Below are positions 25,814 to 39,200 of a DNA stretch of 64,000 bases, piece after piece. How positions within the stretch are numbered: the stretch's first letter is position 1; each line of letters starts with the position of its first letter. The position numbers and the translations under genes were made by a program. The stretch comes from Eledone cirrhosa (lineage: Eukaryota): positions 9,734,001 to 9,798,000 of the forward strand of contig OZ024763.1 of NCBI GenBank assembly GCA_964016885.1. The letters are read 5' to 3'. The notes beneath the pieces were generated by a model. It had not been told where the DNA came from, made no database searches, and was given only the letters and a program-made list of their open reading frames with translations.

Positions 25814-25962
25814 GTATATATATGAATTTGTTTTGCAAGGTTTTTGATATGAAATTGCGTACCAAAATAAATGATACAGAAGAGAAAACCAACCAAACAG
25901 TGAGTGTGTTCTGCTATTATTTCTATCAATATTATTACAACAGTATGACGCTCCTCAAGTAT

Positions 25963-25997
<35 letters not shown>

Positions 25998-26018
25998 AAT
26001 ATATATATATATAAACAG

Positions 26019-26086
<68 letters not shown>

Positions 26087-26089
<3 letters not shown>

Positions 26090-27262
26090 CATTTCATCAT
26101 CATTTCATTTTACGCCCGCTTTTCCCTGCTTGCAAGGGTGGGACGGGAACTGATTCTGGCTTGATTTCTACAGCTGGACGCTCTTCCTAACACCAACCTC
26201 ATTTACAGTGAGTGCTGGGTGCTTTTTTGCCGTGGCACCTCCACGACCACTTTGCAGTCGAATGATAGGGACCCCAGTCCCTATCATCTCATTTCTACAG
26301 CTGAGTAAACTGGAGCAATGTGAAAAGCCCTTCAAGATGTGTATCACAAAAGGGAAGACGATTTAGAGTTGTATGACATAGATGATAACTGGAATTTCTT
26401 GCGTGACAACTTATTGCAAGCTAGTGATGAAACTTGTGGTTGGGGCAGATCTTCAACCAGACAGAAAGTGACCTGGCATGAAAGGCTTGGAAAAACGGTG
26501 GGAGTAGAGAAGGATTCACAGCCGCTAAGAGAGAAGCTAGATGTTAGGTGTACTTAGCATGCAGGGAGGCTCAGAGTAGGAGATTTGCCAATGTTCTGCG
26601 TTGGGAAGATCAGAGACGTGCAGTGTTCCGCATTGCAAGGCAGTGTGTCAGTGCAAATCAGGATGTTATTGGAGATAAGTGTGTCCGGAATGATGCCGGT
26701 GTACTTAGTGTCACAAATGATCAGAAAAAGGAGGCCTGGAAATGTCATTATGAAAGACTGATGAATGTGAAGAATGAATGGGACAGAGAGAAATTACCCC
26801 CAATAGAGCCAACAGAGGGACCAGCTATTGAGATTGACGAATATAGAGTACAAGACCAATTAAGGAAACGAAGAATGGTAAGGCTGCTGGACTGTCGGGG
26901 ATAGTTGCTGAGATGCTGCAGGCTTCAGGAGAAGTAGGTACTAAACTGGTTGCACGTATCATTAATCAAGTTATATATGGTGGTGTCATACCCAAAGACT
27001 GGTGCAGCAGTATTCTCATAAATTGCTACAAAGGTAAAGGGGATGCTTGAGAGAGGAGCAGTTATAGGGGCATAAAGCTGATGGATCAGCTTATGAAAGT
27101 GGCAGAAAGGATATTAGCACAACTAATTAGAGAAAGGGTCAAACGTAGTCTTCTCTCGAGTAAACAGCATCTGATCCCTCTTATTCCTAATTTCTCACTT
27201 AGTTCATTTATGCTTTGCCGTTCATGTATATTACCATTACACATCCAACGGAGCATGCATGC
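26087..27262. mobile_element. Mosaic of RTE fragments (minus-strand tails, plus subfamily B 26330-27140, minus subfamily A 27141-27262)
   Basis: Homology to the other RTE copies in the window. Confidence 0.8.
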
Positions 27263-27434
27263 TTATATATATATATATATAGATATATATATATGTATAT
27301 GTATGTATATAAATGCATATGTATGTATATAAATACATGTTTATATACACACACTCTCCATAATATCCATTCCAGCCACTTTAGACAATAGTCTGTTTCT
27401 ATAGAATTCACTCGTTACTTTACACACAAATACT

Positions 27435-28150
27435 GACGCATACACATACACCCATACATAGCCACATACACACATACACACATACATAGCCACATACACC
27501 CATACATAGCCACATACACACATACATAACCACATACACACATACATAGCCACATACACACATACACGCATACACACATATATAGCCACATACACACATA
27601 CATAGCCACATACACACATACATAGCCGCATACACACATACATAGCCACATACACACATACACATACACACATGCATAGCCACATACATAGCCACATACA
27701 CACATACACACATACATAGCCACATATACACATACACACATACATAGCCACATACACACATACATAGCCACACACATACTCAGACTGCTACACACAATAG
27801 CAACCACACAGTCAATACATTATCACAGCCATACACATAACCACACACATAGCTTCACAGCCACACACACACAGTCATAACCACACACACGGCTTCACAG
27901 CCACACACACAGACATAACCCCCCCCCCCCACACACGGCTTCACAGCCACACACACAGACATAACCCCCCCCACACACACACACAACCTTCAGTGGAGTC
28001 AGGTCCACTTTAGACCAAAGTCCATCTCGGTCAACTTGTTACATCACACACACACTCACACAGACACTCACACACACACTCACACAGACACTCACACACA
28101 CACACACTCACACACACACACACACACTCACATACATACACACATACAGA
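27435..28150. repeat. CA-rich minisatellite (CACATACACACATACATAGC)n and (CA)n
   Basis: Direct inspection. Confidence 0.9.
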
Positions 28151-28294
28151 CACTCTTGCTTGTCTTTCTTTTTCTGCATCTTCCTTCACCACCACCACCA
28201 TCACCATCATCATCATCACCACCAGAGACATTGTCATCAACATAAACAATCATTTGTCTTCATTTCGCTAATTCTTCAGATTTTTTCTCTTGCT

Positions 28295-28575
28295 TACCAC
28301 CACCACCACTACTACCACTACCATCACTACTACCACCACCACTACTACCACTACTACCAATACTACCAATACTACCACCATTACCACTACCATCACTACC
28401 ACCACCACTACCACTACCATCACTACCACCACCACTACCACTACCATCACTACTACCACCACCACTACTACCACTACCATCACTACCACCACTACCACTA
28501 CAATCACTACCACCACCACTACCACTACCATCACTACCACCACTACTACCACCACTACCACCACTACTTCCACTA
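28295..28575. repeat. (ACT/ACC)n microsatellite
   Basis: Direct inspection. Confidence 0.95.
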
Positions 28576-28753
28576 ATAACCAATCACTGGTTCTACTATA
28601 AACATACCCAATTATGTTCCAGGTAATATCTTGTATTTTATTTTAGTTTTAGTTTTGAAAATTTTATTTATTTATTTTTGGATGTCACCTTTACATTTGT
28701 GTGTGTGTGAAAGTGTGTTTGTGTGTGTGTGTGAAAGTCTGTTTGTGTGTGTG

Positions 28754-28822
28754 AAAAATCCTGGTGTCTTTATTGACAGTGGATTTTTCAAATCCACTGT
28801 CAATAAAGACACCAGGATTTTT
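28754..28822. repeat. Perfect 33-bp-arm palindrome with 3-nt loop
   Basis: AAAAATCCTGGTGTCTTTATTGACAGTGGATTT ttc AAATCCACTGTCAATAAAGACACCAGGATTTTT. Confidence 0.95.
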
Positions 28823-28984
28823 TCATTCTGATGAATGAAAGCAATTTTGGTCAAGAAAGCAATTTTGGTCAAGAAACCACTGGTACATGAAATAATTATC
28901 TTATGTTGTTTATTACATAACTAATAAGCTCTGTAACCTACATAGAGCACTCTTTTTTCCTGGACCTTTCCGACGGAATCACTT

Positions 28985-29024
<40 letters not shown>

Positions 29025-29260
29025 TATTTCGTTTCTGAATTTGTTTATCAAGATTCTTTATCTGAAAACGTGTGTTGAAACCGCTAATGTTATACTTTGG
29101 GAGGGTCATGGTGCATGGGTTTCTTATTGGCAACATGACCCTCCCAAAGTATAACAATATATAAATATATATATATATATATAAAACAAAGAAAGTGGTA
29201 AGGAACCAGGTGGACCATAACGCACCAGAGTACTCAATACTTGGGGTAGTAGAGTGGGTA

Positions 29261-29325
29261 ATAGGAAAATGTATAAGACCCCGACGGCTTGAGCTCTGCC
29301 GTCGGGGTCTTATACATTTTCCTAT
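29261..29325. repeat. Perfect 28-bp-arm hairpin
   Basis: ATAGGAAAATGTATAAGACCCCGACGGC, 9-nt loop, then its reverse complement. Confidence 0.95.
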
Positions 29326-29477
29326 ATATATATATATATATTTTTCTTTCCTACATATTAATTTTTATATAATCTTTTATATATTTTTTCTTATGTATAT
29401 TTTCCGTTATTTTTCCAGCCTCACTTCCAATTTTTAACAGATTTTAAATCTCATTTGATAATTTCTATTCATAACAT

Positions 29478-29545
29478 CTCTGTCTGATGAACGATCTAGA
29501 CATATTTTAATATTGTCTAAGATCCTGAAACCTTTGGTAATGGAG
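29478..29545 (+). ncRNA. Type-I hammerhead ribozyme
   Basis: CUCUGU CUGAUGA ..GAUCUAGACA/UGUCUA.GAUC.. GAAA CC uuu GG UA AUGGAG. Confidence 0.75.
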
Positions 29546-29640
29546 TAGTTATATTTTGTGTTGTTCACTTTCTAATTAAATAGCTCTCTTCTTTACATAG
29601 AGCACTCTTTTTTCATTTGCTTTTTCTTCGGAATTACATA

Positions 29641-29685
<45 letters not shown>

Positions 29686-30009
29686 AAGGTTAAACAAGGT
29701 TCAATGAATAAATCAAAGAATTAGTTTTACAATAGATTGGAAGCACTCAACAAGAATGGTTTTCCGGAGTTATTAATATTAATTTTTATTTTTATTTCCT
29801 CTTTCTTCAATAATTATTTGAATCTCTAACAGTTATGTAAATTACTGTTATGTATTTTTAAGCTTTCTTACACGTACCCTCTGTATTATATGTAAGTTTT
29901 TTCATGTATCAATCTTAAGGTATATAAATATTGAGTTTTGTCATATCTTACTCACTACCATGACTGGATCTTAACCATCTACTATGTCAGGGTATGTCAT
30001 CAATCATCT

Positions 30010-30076
30010 TATTTTATCTGATGAGGACGTACTGTTGAAGTTAGCTCAGTACCTCTGAAATATGTATAATAAAATA
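30010..30076 (+). ncRNA. Type-I hammerhead ribozyme (UAUUUUAU family)
   Basis: UAUUUUAU CUGAUGA GGA.GUACUG..CAGUAC.UCU GAAA UAUGUA UA AUAAAAUA. Confidence 0.78.
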
Positions 30077-30252
30077 TACTTGATCACAAGAAGTTCTATT
30101 TTTGTTAATATTTTGAATTAATATATATATAGGGCGGTGCCCCAGCATGGCCTCAGCCGGATGGCTGAAACAGGTAAAAGAGTAAAAGAATATATATATA
30201 TATATATATTAATTCAAAATATTAACAAAATAGATATTCTTGTGATCAAGTA

Positions 30253-30319
30253 TATTTTATTATACATATTTCAGAGGTACTGAGTTAAATTCAACAGTAC
30301 GTCCTCATCAGATAAAATA
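30253..30319 (-). ncRNA. Type-I hammerhead ribozyme (inverted copy of 30010)
   Basis: Same core and stems on the minus strand. Confidence 0.78.
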
Positions 30320-30542
30320 AGATGATGCATGATATACCCTGACATAGTAGATGGTTAAGATTCAGTCATGGTAGTGATTAACTTATGACAAAACTCAATA
30401 TTTATACCCTAATATTGAGAACATGAGATAATATAATACAAACAATAGAGAGGGTGCGTGTAATAGAGCTTAAGAAATACATGGCATCAATATAACAGTT
30501 ATAAATTTTTTTTTATGTATTCATTGAACCTTGTTTAACTTT

Positions 30543-30614
<72 letters not shown>

Positions 30615-30650
30615 TATTTAAAAGAATAGAGGTGTAACACACGAGTTGTG

Positions 30651-31008
30651 ATATATTGGTAAAAGGAAAAGAAAATGCTGACAAATTGTTCCCAGTGAAA
30701 AATAGTTTAATTAGGAATAAGTAAAAATTAGTAATAAGTATTGGTTAGTATTCAGTTTTAGTTTTAAGTTTTTACCGGTTGCGCATTTCTAATGCTTTTC
30801 AAAAATAATTTTGAGATAGAGCGCCCGTGATGTTTGCTCTAATCTCAAAATTATTTTTGAAAAGCATTAGAAATGCGCAACCGGTAAAAACTTAAAACTA
30901 AAACTGAATACTAACCAATACTTATTACCAATTTTTACTTATTCCTAATTAAACTATTTTTCACTGGGAACAATTTGTCAGCATTTTCTTTTCCTTTTAC
31001 CAATATAT
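30651..31008. repeat. Near-perfect ~170-bp-arm inverted repeat containing a decayed hammerhead
   Basis: Arms meet at about 30823-30835; UUGAAAA GCAUU aga AAUGC GCAA CCGG UA at 30857-30886. Confidence 0.9.
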
Positions 31009-31047
31009 ATGTTTATAAATATATATATGTTTATATATATATATATT

Positions 31048-31097
<50 letters not shown>

Positions 31098-31924
31098 GTG
31101 TGTGTGTGTGTGTACCTTTCATTGTATTTCTTTCTAATGTAAAATAAAAATAGACAGATTCTTACACATATAATGATGACGATGATGAGTGTTTTTATTG
31201 GGCAATCATAGACTCTGTAACTGTAAGCTGAGGATAACCAGCCAAGGTGAGCAGTTACTCAGAATAAAAACTGCCACAGAGAAGAGAGGACTCATAGGTC
31301 CTCTCAGAAAACCCCTGCAGTGCTGGTGGCACAATAAAATGCTCCCAGTCCTCTCTGTAAAGTTGTTTGGACTGATACAGTGTAGAGAAGACCCTTCAAT
31401 CTTGTAAACCTTCCTTTCTAGTGTTGGTGGCAGGATAAACTGCATACAGTCCTCATACATCATCATCATCATCATCATCGTGTAATGTCCATCTTCCACG
31501 TTTGCATGGGTATGCATACAGTACAGGAAGTACATGCAGCTTGAAAAACCAAGCCAAAACTATAAAGAACACAACCTAGCTAATTAATGTTAATTGTATA
31601 TACATTCAACCCATTTGATCATAGAAAAATAGATGTGACAACAACAATGATAATGCTGGTATATGAATGTATGTATATATATATGTATGTATGTATGCAT
31701 ATATATATGTATGTATGCATGTATCAATGAATGTGTATGTGTGTGTATATATATATATATAGTAATAATAAATGTGAAGAGTAAAATCTGAAGAGGGCTC
31801 GATGTTTAAAAAACCCAAAGAGGGCTCGATATTTAAAAAACCCGTAGAGCAAATATTTATTATATGTGCAGATTAAAGTTTAAGCAAAGAATCGGTGCTT
31901 TCACCCTTAATCCCTTAATGGGAT

Positions 31925-31971
31925 CAGAAGATTCCGTAAAAGGCTGAAAGCAGTGATTCTTTGCTTAAACT
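31925..31971 (+). ncRNA. Hammerhead with variant core CAGAAGA (5' strand of stem I lost at inversion junction)
   Basis: CAGAAGA ..CC..GG.. GAAA GCAG ugauucu UUGC UU AAACU. Confidence 0.5.
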
Positions 31972-31999
31972 CTAATCTGTACATATAATATATATATAT

Positions 32000-32620
32000 A
32001 TATTAGAATTGTTGCTCTGAAATAGCGATATGTATATGGATGTATATACAGTGTATTTTGCAATACAATGTATGCTTAATTAAAAACATTTTCAAGACCT
32101 TACGCTATTGTTTTAAAGTAGTGACAAGCTGACAGAGCTCTGTTTCGTACTTGTTGGTACTTATCAAAGCTCACTACTCCTCCTGTTTGCTGAAAATTAT
32201 GAATGTTGGATTCTTATAGAATTCCAGTAATAATCAGGAACTGATTATACAGAGTGGTTGCCGGTCCAGCAAAAATTGAAAATTAGAATTGGTGCTCTGA
32301 AATAGCGATATATATATGAATGTATATACAGTGTATTTTGCAATACAATTTCATTTTTTGCTGGACCGGCAACCGCTCTGTATAATCAGTTCCTGATTAT
32401 TACTGGAATTCTGTAAGAATCCAACATTCATAATTTTCAGTAAACAGGAGGGGTGCTGAGCTTTGATAAGTACCAACAAGTATGAAACAGAGCTCTGTCA
32501 GCTTATCTACCCTTGTTTGCTGAAAATATAAGTAAGTGACATTGTCACAACTTTAAAACAATAGTGTAAGGTCTTGAAAATGCTTTTAATTAAGCATACA
32601 TTGTATTGCAAAATACACTA
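32000..32620. repeat. Inverted pair of AGCU-family repeats with decayed hammerheads (32126-32172 minus; 32458-32504 plus; core UUGAUAA)
   Basis: Stem II GUAC/GUAC, perfect palindromic stem III ACAGAGCUCUGU, GUC site. Confidence 0.8.
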
Positions 32621-33574
32621 TATATAGATCCATATGTATATATATATATATATATATACATACACACACATAAAATGGTGATGGAGATGATGATGATATA
32701 TACATATTTACACATACAAACATATATATATAATGCTAATAATAATATGTATATATACACACACACACTCACACATGCACCCATGGGTGTGGAGGAAGTA
32801 GTGGTGGTGATGTACCCTACATCTTGAACTGATGTTTTGTAGGTCTGGTAGCTTTACATCACATGCTGGTTTTTTACTTCATTTTCATGGAAAAAGGGTG
32901 TATCTTATACACAAATATGCCTGGTGAATGTTTAAGAAGGATCCATTTTCTTGGTGTGGGAGGAAAGCAATGAGAATATATCTTATACACGAGTATATAT
33001 ATATTATATATGCAGGAAGAAGCCATTTTCTATCTGTGGGAGGAAGGAGGTTAGAATGTGTCTTATACACAAGTATATATGATTTATATGTGTAGGAAAG
33101 ATCTATTTTCCTCGTGTAGGAGGAAGGCAAGGACATGGGTAGAGTTTAATTGAAACAGATACTGCAAGATACCTTGTCTGATGCTTTAACAACTCCCTGC
33201 TCTTGGTTGATATTTGGTTTATCCATCTAAAAATTGATCACTATCATCGCTTTTCCAGTACAGTTTCCCTCCAATCATTGCCATCTCCTTTGTGAGGTCT
33301 AGTGTTTTGAGATCAGCTCTCACCACCTTTACCCAGGTTTTCCTTGGTCTTACTCTACTGTAATTTCCTTCCACTGGCATCTCCTGGCACTTCTTCACCT
33401 AACAATCATGATCCATACATATCACATGTAAATACGAGCACAGTTCTTTTTACTACCCTACAGGCTACTCAATGTAGTGTGTAATATTTAAATAACACAC
33501 ATATCAGACCATTCTGGATTTCAATATATTTTTTTATATTATGGCCAGGTTTGAGTCTTGTTACTTTGGATTTC

Positions 33575-33621
33575 CTTGTCTGATGAACCTGTAACAACAG
33601 AGGTGAAACTCCAAAGTAACA
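33575..33621 (+). ncRNA. Hammerhead motif with 3' stem I truncated
   Basis: CUUGU CUGAUGA ACCU..AGGU GAAA CU ccaa AG UA ACA; paralog at about 54205 continues ACAAGA. Confidence 0.6.
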
Positions 33622-33993
33622 CACTCAAACACATACACGCACACTTATACACACACACATGCACACACTTACACACACATGTCCACTCAAAATATGCAAT
33701 GATTATCTCCCTTTCAAAAACTCTCTAATACCTAAAATTCCCACTAACCAACATATCCCCAAAATGGCTGACCAAACACATATGGGCTTTTCTCCCCAAA
33801 TTTGTTTCCATTCCTTACTCTTCTCACTCACTATCTTCCTATTTTTTTTCTATTTCACATTCTATCTTATGATGAAGGACTAGTATCAGAAACGTAAAAC
33901 TCTTTTCCTACTATATCAAGCGTTAATCTAATATATTTCTTAATTGTACTGTGATGTCTGGTTTGTTGTTTCTGTTTAATTTTTGCATATACA

Positions 33994-34088
<95 letters not shown>

Positions 34089-34277
34089 ATCATCATCAAC
34101 ATTCTAAAAGCTCCCCCTCATTACCACCACTACAACTACCATTAGTATCAATCCCACCACCTACACCACCACTACTACAATGTTGGTATCAGTCGATAGA
34201 GTATATTTTGATCTGGCATTGTAAATTATTTCATTATTGGATATGACATTAGATCAATAATTATCTTATATTTATTT

Positions 34278-35543
34278 GTGGCTGTGTAGTGTGATATACT
34301 GTAGATATGTAGATATATGACAGTTACATCTATGGCTGTGTAGTGTGATACACTGTAAATATACCACAGTAATATCTATGGCTGTGGACTGTGATACACT
34401 GTAAATATAACATAGTAATATCTATGGCTGGGAGTGTGATATACTGTAGATATACCACTGTAATATCTATGGCTGTGTAGTGTGATACACTGTAGATATA
34501 CCACATTAATATCTATGCTGTGGAGTGTGATACACTGTAGATATACCACAGTTATATCTATGGCTGTCTAATGTGATATACTGTAAATATACCACAGTAA
34601 TATCTATGGCTGTGGAGTGTGATATATTGTAAATATACCATAGTTATATCTATGGCTGGGAGTGTGATATACTGTAGATATATCACAGTTATATCTATGG
34701 CTGGGAGTGTGATATACTGTAGATATACCACAGTTATATCTATGGCGGTGGAGTGTGATATACTGTAGATATACCACAGTAATATCTATGGCTGGGAGTG
34801 TGATATACTGTAGATATACCACAGTTATATCTATGGCTGTGTAGTGTGATATACTGTAAATATACCACTGTAATATCTATGGCTGTGGAGTGTGATACAC
34901 AGTAGATATACCACAGTTATATCTATGGCTGTCTAATGTGATATACTGTAAATATACCACAGTAATATCTATGGCTGTGTAGTGTGATATACTGTAGATA
35001 TACCACAATTATGTCTATGGCTGTGGAGTGTGATACACTGTAGATATACCATAGTTATATCTATGGCGGTGGAGTGTGATATACTGTAGATATACCACAG
35101 TAATATCTATGGCGGTGGAGTGTGATATACTGTAGATATACCACAGTAATATCTATGGCTGTGGAGTGTGATACACTGTAGATATACCACAGTTATATCT
35201 ATGGCAGTGGAGTGTGATATACTGTAGATATACCACAGTTATATCTATGGCTGTGGAGTGTGAAATACTGTAGATATACCAGTTATATCTATGGCGGTGG
35301 AGTGTGATATACTGTAGATATACCACAGTTATATCTATGGCGGTGGAGTGTGATATACTGTAGATATACCACAGTTATATCTATGGCTGTGGAGTGTGAT
35401 ATACTGTAGATATACCACAGTAATATCTATTGCTGTGGAGTGTGATATACTGTAGATATACCACAGTAATATCTATTGCTGTGGAGTGTGATATACTGTA
35501 GATATACCACAGTTATATCTATGGCGGTGGAGTGTGATATACT
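34278..35543. repeat. 46-bp minisatellite (~27 copies)
   Basis: CTATGGCTGTGGAGTGTGATATACTGTAGATATACCACAGTTATAT. Confidence 0.95.
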
Positions 35544-36221
35544 ATTAAAATACCAATGCAGTAGCTATGGCAAAACGTAGCAGAAATATATCATAAAACT
35601 AAGGATTGTTTCAGGATGTTTGGCTTCAGAAAAGTTAAATCTTCTTCACCAAACTTTCTGAAACTGTCACTGGTTTTACAATACAAAATTCCCCATTTTA
35701 AAATATTCATATTTATATTAATATCTTCTACGACAATTTCATGAAAGAAATTGTGAAATAATGTTCCAAAAAACCAGCTTACTAACAAAGAGGTTAATTA
35801 TTTTATAATATTGCTCCATGTTTTTGATGATTTTCAGAATAAATTGAAACACATGGTTAGTGTATTTCATTAGAAATATGATAAGAAAAGGGTTGAAACC
35901 ATTCAAATGTAAAAATTCCACATTAACATATAAACCAAACTAGGTAAATTATAAACTGTGTCTACTTCACCAACAGGAAACAGTTTCAAATATAATTCTT
36001 TCTAAGTAGGTTAAAACATTAAATCTCCATTCAAAATGAAAAATAAAAAAACTGCCTACTTCCTCCTTCAAAACAGAGTCACACTTCCTGTGAATTAAAC
36101 AATGGTTTTAGTTACATTCTAGATACAACAATGATGATAATCTGGGACTGGGTGAAGGAGTTGGGTAGATGTTGGAGAGCTGAAAATTTATGGCAATTGT
36201 TTTAATATGCCATTAATTTGT

Positions 36222-36412
36222 GCAGTGGATTGGCAGTTATCAGTAGAGCATCAGACACCATGCTTTGCAGCATAGAGTTATGGCCCTTTATGTTCTGAGT
36301 TCAAATCCTGCCGAGGGTAACTTTGTCTTTCATCCTTATGGGGTCGATAAAATAAAGCACCAGTAATGCACTGGGGTAATTGCTGGCCTTGTGCCAAAAG
36401 TAGAAACAATTA
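36222..36412 (+). mobile_element. SINE family 1
   Basis: Full consensus match. Confidence 0.85.
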
Positions 36413-36434
36413 ATTTGGAAGAAAAAGGGGAATA

Positions 36435-36691
36435 ATGTTGATGATGGTGAAGATGATGGTGATGGTGATGATGATGGTGATGATGATGATGATGGTGATG
36501 GTGATGATGATGAGGATGATGATGATGATGATGATGGTGATGGTGATGATGATGATGGTGATGATAGTGATGGTGATGGTGAAGATGATAGTGATGGTGA
36601 TGGTAATGATGGTGATGGTAATGATGGTGATGGTGATGGTGATGGTGATGATAGTGATGGTGATGGTAATGATGGTGATGGTGATGAGGAG
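36435..36691. repeat. (GAT/GGT)n microsatellite
   Basis: Direct inspection. Confidence 0.95.
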
Positions 36692-36787
36692 GATACAAAA
36701 ACAGGAGTTGACATTGGGATGGAACCTCTGCAGAAAACAACATTACTTGAAACTGCTGAAATACTCAGAAAAATGCTTGAAAATTAA
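36692..36787 (+). mobile_element. R4/Dong-like LINE C-terminal fragment
   Basis: IGMEPLQKTTLLETAEILRKMLEN* resembles the LQK..LLGTA.ILR.VL terminus. Confidence 0.55.
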
Positions 36788-36819
36788 GTGTCACATCTGA
36801 GTTGACAGACTGACAGAGG

Positions 36820-37580
36820 TGATATCTGTGTGACATCGCCAGCTTTAGATGTGACACAACACTGAAGTGACATCTGTGTGACATCGCCAGCTTTAGATGT
36901 GACACAACACTGAAGTGACATCTGTGTGACATCACCAGCTTTAGATGTGACACAACACTGAAGTGACATCTGTGTGACATTGCCAGCTTTAGATGTGACA
37001 CAACACTGAAGTGACATCAGTGTGACATCACCAGCTTTAGATGTGACACAACACTGAAGTGACATCGGTGTGACATCACCAGCTTTAGATGTGACACAAC
37101 ACTGAAGTGACATTGGTGTGACATCACCAGCTTTAGATGTGACACAACACTGAAGTGACATCGGTGTGACATCACCAGCTTTAGATGTGACACAACACTG
37201 AAGTGACATCAGTGTGACATCACCAGCTTTAGATGTGACACAACACTGAAGTGACATCAGTGTGACATCACCAGCTTTAGATGTGACACAACACTGAAGT
37301 GACATCGGTGTGACATCACTAGCTTTAGATGTGACACAACACTGAAGTGACATCGGTGTGACATCACCAGCTTTAGATGTGACACAACACTGAAGTGACA
37401 TCTGTGTGACATCGCCAGCTTTAGATGTGACACAACACTGAAGTGACACAACACTGAAGTGACATCGGTGTGACATCACCAGCTTTAGATGTGACACAAC
37501 ACTGAAGTGACATCAGTGTGACATCACCAGCTTTAGATGTGACACAACACTGAGGTGACATCACCAGCTTTTGATGTGAC
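36820..37580. repeat. 48-bp minisatellite (~15 copies), three GTGACA per unit
   Basis: GTGACATCTGTGTGACATCACCAGCTTTAGATGTGACACAACACTGAA; 16-aa ORF periodicity. Confidence 0.95.
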
Positions 37581-38433
37581 AACAACAACAAGATTAATAA
37601 TAATTGTTTCTACTATTGGCACAAGGCCAGCAAATACCCCAGTACATTACTGGTACTTTATTTTATTCACATTAGAAGGATGAAAGGCAAAGTGGTGGAT
37701 GTATAAAGATTGTGTATCTCCAAACCCCCAAAGAGGGTCTGGAAGAAAGCAAACCTTAACAATTGGAATCTGGAACAGAATTGACCACTTTTAGAAAATT
37801 AGTTGCTAGAATATTTGACTTTAGTCTTTTTAGAAAACCTCACTATTATGTCAGCTAGCTTGTGATTACTGGTCATCATTGTTGATTATTATCTTAATTA
37901 CATCAACTCATTAGTGGAAATTGTTAGTTCACTAATCTACTTTTATGATTAGATACACATTTTCAATGTCATTACATCAAGTAATTAGTGAAAAACAAAA
38001 AATAAAAGTCTCATTAGCTTGGATACAGTTTATAGCAACATGTGTATCCAGGTTAGAAGAGGGACACTATATCCCAGTGTCATAAGGGCTGATTAAAAGG
38101 GTTTGTGTCAAGAAAGGCATCCATTCTTTACCTGAAAAAGGACACTATGATGACTATGGCCTTTATCACAGGACCCACAAGGCTTACTCCTGCTAGGAAA
38201 ATAACCTTAAAAAGATGGTTTAAAGTAGGTACCCATATCCTTGTCTATAGTAAGAGATGACTAAATGTTGGTACTAGGAAGGGCAGCTGGCTGTAAAACA
38301 TCTAAAAACAAAAACTACATGATGAGTAGGCAGTAGTCATGTGACCTTGCAAGGTTAACATGTTTTAACAGGAAAAATGTCCCTAAAAAACTTATAAAAT
38401 GATATAAATATAATAGTACATTATTATATTACA

Positions 38434-38620
38434 CGGTGGATTGGCAGTATTGGTAGAGGGTCGGACGCCATGCTTTGAAGCATAGAGTTACCACCCTTTA
38501 TGATCTGAGTTCAAATACCGCTGAAGTTAACTTTGCTTTTCATCCTTACAGGGTCGAAAAAATAAAGTACCAGTAATACACTGTGATAACTGCTGGCCTT
38601 GTGCCAAAAGTAGAAACAAT
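38434..38620 (+). mobile_element. SINE family 1
   Basis: Consensus match. Confidence 0.85.
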
Positions 38621-39122
38621 TATATTACACACACTCACACACACAGTGTCGTTTATGGAAGCCTCTACAATGCAGATGGATAAATCTCCAGGCAACAAAA
38701 TCAGGTGACAGTAGGAGGAAAAGTGATAAGAGAGGAAGGGAGGAAATAGGAAAAAGAAATGTAAAATGAAATGAAAACCAGAGATGAGGTTACCTTGGAA
38801 TAAATTTATTAGCCCCTATATTTAAGATTTCTCACCCATAATCGGGGGTGGGGGTCCAAAGGAATCTCAGAGTTTGTCGGAGAGGAGTTTACATGTCCTT
38901 GTGTGGCTAATGTCAAACTGACTGAAACTAAGCAAATATTCCCTATCAAAAGTTAGCAGTCCCCACTAATGCATGGGATGGGAGTGATATGGCAGGGTCT
39001 GAGCACATGTGAGCATGTTATTGTTTCCTTACATTCTGGTAGTGGCTCTAGTTGATGTGGTATGTAGGTGGGTGAAATATTGGTGGCAGGCATAGCATTG
39101 GGTGCGTGTCTCGTTGTTCGAG

Positions 39123-39200
39123 TTAGACCAGCCAACATGTTTCACTCCTTTCGAATCTGTTGTTGATTGGCAGTTCTAGTTGTTTGATCAAAAGTGCTTC

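Larger units (their letters stand above)
29682..30547. repeat. Large inverted duplication, each arm carrying a hammerhead; SINE tail in the spacer
   Basis: 29682-30121 is the approximate reverse complement of 30208-30547. Confidence 0.9.

Noticed and set aside
29055-29095. UAU CUGAAAA cgugugu GAAA..UU AUA repeat family (also at 16805, 25840, 39530, 59030)
   Set aside because: Core lacks G8 and stem II is marginal in all copies; not supportable as a ribozyme.
36784-37497. 237-aa Cys-rich repeat protein
   Set aside because: Consequence of a 48-bp unit without stops in one frame; no start or splice support.
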